Source: Hydrolagus colliei | Lineage: Eukaryota | NCBI GenBank assembly: GCA_035084275.1 | Contig: CM068754.1 | Location: 12,152,001 to 12,216,000, forward strand | Direction of reading: 5' to 3' | Length of the DNA stretch: 64,000 bases | Shown: positions 53,941 through 64,000 of the stretch, piece by piece | How positions within the stretch are numbered: the stretch's first letter is position 1 | How the letters are laid out: every line of letters begins with the position of its first letter | The notes under the pieces: model-generated | What the model was told of the DNA's origin: nothing | Seen by the model: the letters and a program-made list of their open reading frames with translations, nothing else | Database searches by the model: none | Position numbers and translations under genes: made by a program

Positions 53941-55040
53941 TCAAGTTTCGGTATATTTAATAACTTTAAAAGTCTGCTCGTCCTCATCACCAGTGGAATA
54001 GTCGTGACTCTGATTTTTTGATAAGTTGGTGGTGTTTCTCCGTTGGCAAGTATACCAACCACTCAAGAGAGTGTCAGGGTTGGCAGGATGTCTGGTCGGT
54101 GAAGTGTAGGACGCTTCCGTTGGTCGAATGGAACTCAGTGAATCCAATGCAACAGCAGACCTATGGGGAGGCAAGGCATGGAATGTGGTGCCGCTCCGAT
54201 TTGCATTCAGCGGATTCAATCTACCGTCAACCCGATGTGAGGGAGATGAACCCAATCGGATTGAACACAACGAATCCATTCTGATGCCAGGTCGATGCAG
54301 TGGCAACAGGTTCATCCGGCCTTCACACCAGTTTGAAGGCGATGGACCTGCTCTGACACTAGATCGAATTAAAGACAGTGGATTATTCTTTACATCAGAC
54401 CGAACCGACGGTAATTGGCTCACACTGAAGTCAGACAGGGTTGACGTTAATCTCCCCAATGTACCAGCTTTCATTTCGGGCAACAGATCCATCGCAGCTT
54501 CAAGCCCTTTGGAAGCTGGTGGACATAAGGAAGCACTGGATCGCACTAGATTCATTTGACCGATGGTATTGTCGGACCTGGTGGAAGGCAACGGAGCCAA
54601 CGAATGGCCAGTTCTCGCCGAATGAAGATAATTAATTCTGTCTTCAGATCTATTAGTTGGCAGTGAACCCAATAAGACACCTGACTTGGTTGCAGAGGAG
54701 GAACATGTCTTATCCTCAGATCGATGGTAAGCTATTGGATAGCATAAGGCATTGGGCCTGCTTGACAGAGGATCTGCAGAGGGACAAATGTCGCTTTCTG
54801 TGTCCGAATAAGGCATTGCGCTGAAACCTTCACGCTCGCAGTTGATTGAAAGGGTCGGTTTGCAGTGCATTTTCATGTGTTTTCGAAGGGAACTTGGATG
54901 TGTGTAGGATTTATCGCAATCTTTAATTTTGCAGATGTACGGTTTGTCGCTTGTGTGAACGTGAGAATGTTTTTTGCGGTCACTGCTGTTGGCAAACCTT
55001 CTGTCACAGCCTTCAAATTCGCATTTGAAAGGTTTTTCAC
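53941..55040 (-). CDS. zic6: Zic6-like coding exon 2 (ZF4, ZF5, long repeat-containing C-terminus, stop codon)
   Basis: Acceptor ttctctatttcag|GT GAA AAA CCT completes the split Gly of TGEKP. ZF4-5 read [63 protein letters not shown] resembles the Zic C-terminal EWYV(CQ) motif. TGA at 53941-53943. 1051+1100 nt = 717 codons including stop. Confidence 0.93.
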
Positions 55041-56239
55041 CTGAAATAGAGAATAAGTAAAGCTCTTTCATAAACACATCAAATCTGAAACAATTAAAAA
55101 AAAATTCAATTAAATATTCAAATTCTCATTATAGACCATTTATATGCATTTTGCTCTCTAACCTACAAACATTTTAAAGAGACTGATACATGCCGAACGC
55201 TTATAAACCCTGTACAAATGAAGTGTTGCAATATCAAAATAAATACCTATCCTTGCTACCCAAACAATATCGCCCAAACCTGCTCAAAGCAAATGTTCCC
55301 AGGTCAGATTTTGTTCCTGGTGTACTCTTTGCACAATAAGCACTACTACATTAATCTGCTGATATAAAAAAAGTTCATCCTGATTTCTTAAGTAAATTGA
55401 GAGGGACAATTTGTAAATAGATTCACATGCGAGTCGTTTTATCAGTCCTACAAATGCAATTGAAGCAAATATCAATGTTACGAATGGGTTATCCATACAT
55501 ATATATGTGTATACATATGTATGGATGTATATAGAAATATATATACATCTATATTATCTGTTCTCTCCCTGACTAGAAGACACCTATGTGCTAAAGTTCA
55601 CAGAAAACTAAAGTGTGAGAATTTTTACATTTAGGAGACGAATTTGGTTTGCAAAATGTTAGAATTCTATGACTGATTCAATTAATGTTTTTTTTAAAGG
55701 TTGATTATCTTTTGATATATGTGTATACAGTATCAAGACACTTGTAAACATCCTAAAACCAAACATGTATGGTGATGCTTTAAGTTGCGAAAACAACCCC
55801 CACACAATACGCCTATTAATTACTGATTAAATCTATCCTTTAGAAGCTAGTTCAATAAGTAACTGTCATAAACAATTGGACGATTAAAATCTCTAATCAG
55901 TACATACAAAATGAAATAGTGTAATGTGTCGACAAATGTGTGTGTTTCATATTCAGACCAGCTTCGTTTACAGACATTTGGCTACATAAAGTTTCACATT
56001 GTTATGCATAATTAATTACTTAACATATATAATTATGATAACATTTGAATGTAATAGTATTCGATAGACCACTTTTTGTACTTGTTACCCTTCCGGAATC
56101 TTAAATTTAATGTTAAACTGATGTATACATGCATTTGTTTTCTTAAACAAACAATAAGTCCAAAATGCCCCCCCCCCAAACAAAAAAACTTCTCAAAACA
56201 CTCATAGAGAAATGTTGTTTTTTAATAAAAAAAACCAAC
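55041..56239 (-). other. GT-AG intron (1199 bp) at the conserved Zic position in the ZF3/ZF4 linker (HTG^EK)
   Basis: gt at 56239-56238 and ag at 55042-55041; phases are compatible. Confidence 0.92.
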
Positions 56240-57290
56240 CTGTATGAGTTCTTTTATGTATCTTCAGATTCTCTGATCTTGCAAATACTTTTTCACAGCC
56301 GGCAAATGGGCAGGGAAACGGTTTTTCTCCAGTGTGTACTCTGAGATGGTTTATAAGTTTGTATTTAGCTTTGAAGGCTTTCTCATCCCGGGGACATTGC
56401 TCCCAGCAACAAATGTGAGTTGACTGTTCTGGTCCTCCAACGTGTTCCACGGTAAGGTGGGTTACTAACTCATGCATGCTGCTGAATGTATTCGAGCAAC
56501 ACTTCTTCGAAGTTTGCTCTTGGCTAATCCACTTGCAGATCAACTCTCTTTTGATGGGCTGCTTCATGTACCTAAAAAATTGACCTGCCCCGCCATGAGT
56601 GGCCAGGCTGACGTTCAAATTCATCGGTTTGTAGCTTTGAAGTAAGGATGTCACATAATGATCACTTCTTGGAGCCGTCACTTGGTTGTAGTGACGTGAT
56701 CGAGCCATAAAATCCTCTGATATACCCAGGGAGACCTGGCCGCCATTGACAGCCCTGGCGGAGGAGGTGGCGTGAGGGCTCTGGTCGTGCAAGCCAGACA
56801 TAAAAGGGTGGCTTCCAGTTTCTGCATGGCTGCCAGAGTCATGGTACCGTCCCGTGGCAGAGACAAACAAGCCATGGTGGGAACCTGTGGAGGAATGTTG
56901 ATTCGCCAGCCCAGGCATGGTGGGTGCCGAGAGATCTCGCCTCAGGAGCAGATCCCTGCTGGTTCCTAAGCCGTGACCACCGTAGCCCGAATAGGATTGA
57001 TAGGGGGGTGGATAGTTAACGCAGGGCGTCACCGCGCTCTCGGGGTATTCTGGTATGTTGTGCGAGGGGCTGAGTTTTAAGGAGACACCTGTGGCGTGCC
57101 CCAGGTTCTCCACAGCCAAAGGTGGCGGCGCCCCGCCGAGGTCGGCATGGCTCTCCCCGGGATAAACATGTGACAGAGAGTAGCCGCTGAACCTTGGCAA
57201 TGCCATCATGTTCTGTTGGGAATGGTGCTGGGCTCTTGGCAAATCCACTAATCTGAGCGCGGAGATCCGGCTGGAAGGAGCAGTGTCCAT
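56240..57290 (-). CDS. zic6: Zic-family C2H2 zinc-finger transcription factor, most likely Zic6; coding exon 1 (N-terminus, ZF-NC domain, ZF1-ZF3)
   Basis: ATG at 57290. Contains ZF-NC ([17 protein letters not shown]) and ZF1-3 (...[17 protein letters not shown]...[44 protein letters not shown]). Ends ACA G|gttggt, a phase-1 donor at 56239. No ZOC box, so subclass Zic4/5/6. [37 protein letters not shown] and GCEKVF resemble teleost Zic6 as I recall it. Zic identity is near-certain; the Zic6 paralogue call is about 0.85. Confidence 0.93.
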
Positions 57291-57648
57291 AACGACTCTA
57301 ATCTGCCCACAAGCACATTAGTCAAAAGTCGCCCTTCCTCTTGTTGATAGCGGAACACTAAACCAGATTTTGAACCAGGCTTGGTGTTCTCTGTTGCATA
57401 TCTTATTCTGGCGATTCTGTATCATAACCGTAATCTTGGTAGTACAAAGGCATCAAAACATTCCCAGGTCTGATATAAAAGCACAGCGGGACGATATGGT
57501 TTTTAAAATAAAGGACGAGAGGGATTGGATGAATTTGTAAATGACTGACGTTAGCCTGGTTTGCTACGGAGGTGATACGCATGCGTTCACAGCTTGAACC
57601 CTCGCTAAAATATTGCAATAAAAAAAATGCTTTGAAAAACGCTGCACA

Positions 57649-57685
<37 letters not shown>

Positions 57686-57700
57686 TATATACATTTTAAA
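57291..57700 (-). promoter_or_regulatory. 5' UTR and proximal promoter region of the Zic gene
   Basis: CpG-rich sequence directly upstream of the ATG, a TGACGT CRE-like half site near 57546, and a (TA)n tract at about 57654-57682. The TSS cannot be determined from sequence. Confidence 0.5.
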
Positions 57701-60700
57701 CTGTGCATTGTTTGGCTACATGGTAGCTATGCCAGTACTTTACTTATAAACGGTTCACTGTTCGGTAAAATGCAAAGATTAATACAATATATTGCGGGAC
57801 AAAAATATGAAACATATCAGTCTATCCGCCCACCGGAATAATTGATGAAACCTTTAGATCTCTGGTCTAATTAGTTATGGCAACTGTTGTTCAGGATTTG
57901 CACACATTGCAAATATTTCAGCCATTTTTAAATCGCCTTGGAAAAGAATCTAGCAGCAATAGCAGAAGCTACAAATGGACGTAACGTTGCAGTTTGTTGA
58001 ATATTTCGCTGGGTTATCATTACTCGGGCATCAAAAAGGAGATTTGTTCATTTGACACAAAACATAAATATATATATTTTATCATTCTATACTTATTAAT
58101 ATTACGTCTTTCTATTGCTGATTTTTACCGCTTGAAAACGTTCGCTTTCGTGTGTTTTTAATATACTATATATATATATATATGTACACACAGCAGCTAA
58201 AGCACTATTTTTACTTATCGTAACCAGTGCCAAATAGTATCAAACAGGCCCAAATCACGAAATGAAAACTAAAACAAAGCGAAAAACAAGGTGTACTTCT
58301 AGAATTAATATGGTTTTGTTGAAAGTTGAAAGTCTTCAATTGGATAACTTTGAAGCATTTCTGTCTTTTCTCTTTCCAATAATTTAAGTGAGTTAGATAT
58401 TTTGGCATCTGTTTAAAGGGTTATGTTAACAAATTAAACAGCCATTCAAGGGTTGGCTTAAAGGTCTAAACTTGCGAAAAGTTTAAGTTATCGATGTTAA
58501 GTGTTAATGCAGAGCTTCAGTTAGACCAGTTTGGGTGTTTTTAATTCATGCGAAATTGCATGAGTTTGAATTGCTTTTCCATTAAAAGGTGAGACCGTTT
58601 TCAAAAGTCAATATGAGACTTCAAGTGAATTTTAATGGTGGTTTCCTTAGTTATTCTTTCATATCTTTCATCGATGTTCCTTTCTTTCAGTTGCTTCTCG
58701 TGTAACCAACCCGTGATGTGTTGACTTAAGGAACATTACCATCACAATTATGTCCTAAGGTCAAATTCTAGTCATGCAATGTCCCAAGTTAATTATCCAA
58801 TACTGCGCGTTTTACATGCATTCCTAAATGCAGTGCACAAAAGTGTTTGTTGTGATGCTATGGCAATGAAGTATCAAACCCTATCCCTTTTATACCAATG
58901 TGAAACTTCTGACGTTTGTTTAATGTTTAATAGTAAAATTTGCTCTGCGAATAATTAAGGGGAAAAATAGTTAAAAATAGACGACGGTCAGCCCAATAAT
59001 TACAATCATCTTTCAACATCTTGGGGTCTTGATAGAATAGGTTGCAGAAAAATATGCTTTAGTCCAGGCTTTAATATGACAATTTATACTACAATGAAAC
59101 AGACATTAATAAGAATTAGTTTTGTCACATTACTAATTATGTTTTTATTGTTTATCATGGCCATCATAACCGGTGTTAGCTTGTTTTAGTTTATTGTCCG
59201 GTTTAATGTCCAGTTTAAACACCTGGTATCACTTAAAAGGAGCATTGTACACCATCGTGCACACTCCTCACATTTCCAAGTTTGCAATCACACACCGCGA
59301 CTTTATTTGAAATTCAAGCTGTAAAATATAGTTTGCGTGATTCTCACAGGATGTTTGAACTCGGGGTTTGTTGTATTACAAGTAAACTGTGCCGAATGAT
59401 GGATGAATATTTTCAGGTTCTTATTCTGCGGTTATAAAAATTACAACCACTCGCATTATGATGAATTAGGCTGTACTGCATGGTTGTGGTTATTTAACCT
59501 ATTAAAGAAACGTCGATTTTAAACTCATATCATTCAGCTAATGTCAAATAACCAGTATTTATTCAAGTAGTAATACATATTTATCAAGTGTGAATAAAAT
59601 AAAACTATCCGTTAGCTAATTTCCCTCTCTCTCTCTCTCTCTTCCACACCTACAGTGTCTTAGTTAAGCCAATTGTGCCAACTGTTCGGCAGCATTATTT
59701 TTCTGTCACAAGTAGGAATCTGCATTCATTGATTACCTATATCCTGGTCACCTTAACGTTTCGAATATTTCAGAGATGCAAATGTTGTGATTTTACTGCG
59801 ACTAAACTGATTTCGAATATATATACATACTAGATTATATTTATACAGTGAATAGCCGTTTCGATCACGACTATTAGAGGTCCTTGTGATGTATATGCTT
59901 ACCCATGTAGCAAAACGTGAAAGTTCTGTAAAACTTTATTACTGAAGTGTGAATCTGAATTTATTTAAGTTTGGAACCAGATATTTTTCCTTGAGGAATA
60001 GAAACAAAGTGGGATTTCTAATTGGTCACAAACCACCTGTCACAATCAAATGCGATGCTCACCCAAGGACCCGAACATTAAATTACGACAATAAACAACA
60101 TTGAAATGATTTAGACTAACAGACAAATAGGGCCTGATAGGCATACAGATGGAGAACTAAACAGTAGCTGACGAGTTCGCGAAAATCTAAATACATTGCT
60201 ACTACTCTCTTCAGACTCAAATCGTAAAGCGTACACACATAATATGATTTTTATTTAAGAGTGTAATGTGTCCTGTATCACATAGATCGACAGACAAACA
60301 TGAACTGTACAATACTATGGTTTGGGGTTAGACAACCTTTCTTCAGACCAAAAAATACATGTGGTTGGTTAGGAGTTGCTGCAAATTGACATGGCGATGT
60401 TTCATTTTATACTCTCCAGCTATTTATTCATCAACAATCATGTTTTCTTTTGCTGGATTTCATTGGTGAGCGATGGGGAGACGGGACTGTTATTGAGGTT
60501 TGACTCAACAGCTCAGATAGACGGCTGGAGACTCACACAAAATACCTTCAAGTGTTTTCTCACTTTCGTTGCTTCTCAGGGCTCAATCACGCAGAAAGGT
60601 TCAATAAAAAGTATGCCGTGAACAAAAGGAAAAAGACAATAAAACCACCCTCCAGGTCACAGGTCAGCATCATTACTGATTGAGATATTTACAACTTTTC

Positions 60701-63700
60701 GCAACTGCAAAAGGTAAACATACAATGATCTAGCACTTCACAGGGTCTAAAGAGCTTGTTTTAGTTCACTCGATCAGATACCTTATTGGCGTGAGTTGTG
60801 ATATAATGTTATTCATAGAACCAACGAATGCGATTTATTCAATGGAGGATGAGATTTACGATGTTTTAGAGTTGTTGAAAGTGTAGTTGGATAAGGTTCC
60901 CTGAACACCAATAAAGGCCATCATTCTTGTCAGCATTTTCTATAACGTGACTTGCATAAATCATGCTTGGCGGGGAATCCATCGGTGATCGATTGTTCGG
61001 GCTCTTGCGATTCAAACGTTGTACGAGCGATGGGGATGTGTTTGTTTTGTTACATTATCCTTAAAATAATGGTATTACTTCACTATTAAAGTTACTGCAA
61101 GCATTTACGCGTTTCCCTCCTCTTTTTTTCTTTGACGTTAGTGTTAGCCCAGTGGCGATGGTTTCAATCAAAAGGAGCACACATCCTCAATACCCCCCAT
61201 TTAACAATGTTACACAAATGTTGTTGGACTTGGAAGATATGTGCTGGCTGGCTTCAGATCATTGACAAACTTTTACGTAATATTGTATTGAACAATTCCC
61301 AATCCCCTCTATCTTCGGAAGACCCGTTTTGTTTTGTTATTTAAAATTGTATGCGAGGAGCCTTCTTTCCAAACAAAACAAAGTCTAAATCAAAGGCAAT
61401 TCACGTTAGGAAAGGTTTTGAGTATGTGTAAGAATCTTGCCTCCCTTAACAAAATATCAGAGAGTTTCTTGAGAGGCACAAGGGCGGTTCGAATAATTTA
61501 GATAATTGTAACGGACAAACGGTATACCCTAGCTTTACTTTTTAAAAAATAAAATACTAAACGGGAATTTTGCGAGAGAGATTAATTTAAAAAAAGACAG
61601 ATCTGTTTACACATTACACTTGATTGAGTTCTCAGTGTAATGTAATACTATAAAAATTATAATATAGCTCGCCCAGAATTCCTTGAAGTTCGAAAAAATG
61701 TTATCACTTCCGAATGCCTCGTTAATCTTGCACTTTTTTTGAAAAAAAGTTATGGATATGCTGATATATATTGCCGCCCATTAACCACCAGAAACTTTTT
61801 TTTTAATGTGCATTCTTGTGCTATAGTTTACCTACAAATCTTAACTGGACTCCTGCATTGCTTAATTTAGTAAACGAACAAATAGTTGTGCTGGAGATCC
61901 TTTCATTAGTCATCTATCATTGCTTTGTGGACTAACCTGTTGAATATTTAATGACTAAATAAGAATCACTAACTTTGTGCTTTACTTACAGACGCGAGAG
62001 CTTGACGTGTTTCATACGTATAAATTGATGCCCAGGTTTAATTCGTATACATAGGATGAGAATATACAGCGAATATTTATATAAATTTTCATAGAATGTG
62101 TTTCACCATAAAGTGATTATTATCAGTAGATAGAAGTGTGAAAAAATCACGATCAATTACTGGTACAAATCTAAGAGAAAAAAAAATTAATTTGATGTTG
62201 CTTGGAAGAAAAATACAACAACTAGACCTTGTATATGTGTATTGTTTGTTTAAATACAAAATAAACGTATGTTACATACTGTATATTTAAAAACACACTG
62301 TTTCTAAAAACAAATGCAATATTCTCCCTAAGTAAGTTAAAATATTGCAAGCAAAAAAACCGAAGAATAATAGTTTTAATCAAACATATCTACTTAAATT
62401 TTATTAGTTATATTCATTATTTAAAAAATATATTTAATAAAGTACAATTAATTAACAATGGTCTTTTTGTTGCATTGTCAGATTTTTCGAGAAAGCAGTT
62501 ATTATAAATATGACAGTCAGTTGTTTTTAGTTTTATGTAAATTGTCAAAACTGTACTTTTGAATAATCCCTCGAAAGTAGTCTGTCAGATAACTGCTTTA
62601 CAGTGTGAAACATCAAGATGTTAAAAATGCATTTTGTTATTTTAATTTATTAGGAAACCTTTCAGTTGGGTGGTATGTACATCTGATCATTCTCTTCACC
62701 CACAAAATATCCAATTCAGATGGAATGTGTCAGTATCGTGATAAAATAATGCATGAAAATCTACAACATGATTAAATACTCAATCTAGGTCGCTTGCCTA
62801 AATCTGATGCATTATTAACAAGTAGTCAGATTTTTTACTCAAGTACTATAGTAACTTTAAGCTCACTACTGCTTCATATAGCGAATTATGCAATTAAGTG
62901 ATGGCAAACAGACTCGTCTTTATTTGTCTGGGGAGGAGCCAAACAAACACCATATTTGAATTGAAGGTTTCTTCATGTATGGGTTTGAAAAATTATTATA
63001 TTCGATACATTATTCGTGCATTTTTCGAATCACTGAAATGCAATCTACATGGGCTATTAGAAATTCCCGCAATTATTTGTAAAAATTGTAAAAAAACAAT
63101 CTCTAATTTAACAGCACGCTTCTCATTCATTTCGAATATTTATCTTCGTATAAATAAATCCGATTAAGTTACACCAGCACATTGAAACCTCGGGTAACAA
63201 TTATTCTTGTGAAAAAGTATTATATACGTTAATGTTGCCTATAGTTTAAATTATACGCATTCATAACTTTAAATTATGACAATCTAGTGAGAAATGTTAA
63301 ATAATGGAAAACGTGGCCATGAATATGATCTATGATAATAACTACGATCAAAAACATCTCCGTGTTGATGCCTGTTGATTTTGTATGTGTTGGACGTAGA
63401 CCTTATCAGAATTACACTTATTAGAAAACATTATACTATTTTGCCACGTTTTCGTTTGAACGAGCAAGATTAGCTCTCGTTTAAAACCCGTTAAGTATTT
63501 TAGCACGGTGCACTTATCTACCTGTGTGTGTCGGGACTATAAATTAAAAAAGGCAATTCTCGAAAGTTTCTCTGTCTGCAGAAACCTCGAACCCACGCAA
63601 CACAGGCGCATAAAAATGCGAAAGACATTTGGAGTGGATTTGATACCTTCCAGATTCAAGCAGAATGCGGGTCAGAAGCTCCCGGATAGAGTTTATTAAT

Positions 63701-64000
63701 CGGTGTTCTACATTGTTTAGATGATAGCAGTTGGCTCAAATTATTTTTGAAGACAATTTCAAGGCACTACACATGTGGTCGGCTACAAGTCAGAGGTCAA
63801 ATGGCCTGTCTTGCCCCAAGTCGGCAACTTCAGAGACACCGTACAACAGAATAGTCAGTTGATGATCTAATTGAATTATACGTTTTTGTTACAGAGACAA
63901 CAGAGCACGTGCGTCTTGTCGTTAATTATCTCCCAGAAACATTGAAATCAAACACAGTGGCAATATGGACCTTATATATGATGCGAGTCCTTTTTTTTCC

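Noticed and set aside
54128-54559. 143-aa plus-strand ORF and other ORFs antisense to the Zic exons
   Set aside because: Shadow ORFs of the real coding strand, with no independent signals.
55041-55077. [12 protein letters not shown] start of the 378-aa ORF (and the [11 protein letters not shown] end of the 362-aa ORF)
   Set aside because: Intronic read-through; canonical splice sites join the two ORFs into one gene.
1-64000. CRISPR arrays, operons or other prokaryotic systems
   Set aside because: No regularly spaced repeat-spacer array; spliceosomal introns, SINEs/LINEs and microsatellites show this is vertebrate DNA.
57700-64000. Zic3 coding sequence expected head-to-head with Zic6
   Set aside because: No Zic ORF is seen on the + strand within the window; presumably it lies beyond the right edge.

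Overview
Eukaryotic, AT-rich vertebrate DNA. The repeat content (a tRNA-derived SINE with a (TTA)n tail, L2 LINEs with a (GTT)n tail, Penelope-like hairpins, AmnSINE2-like relics) fits a cartilaginous fish, most likely a chimaera; this species assignment is inference from recalled repeat consensuses. The one clear gene is a two-exon Zic-family C2H2 transcription factor on the minus strand (CDS 57290-56240 joined to 55040-53941, 716 aa), best matching Zic6. Its C-terminal third is a cryptic array of about 18 degenerate 12-aa units. Most of the window is a gene desert 3' of this gene, with candidate conserved non-coding elements and large CpG-retaining AT-rich blocks. At the left end a perfect RFX X-box lies about 130 bp upstream of a candidate first coding exon of an unidentified minus-strand gene. 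Four palindromic Penelope-like remnants are present, and one retains an intact minimal type I hammerhead ribozyme core. All family assignments come from memory of known sequences; no searches were run.
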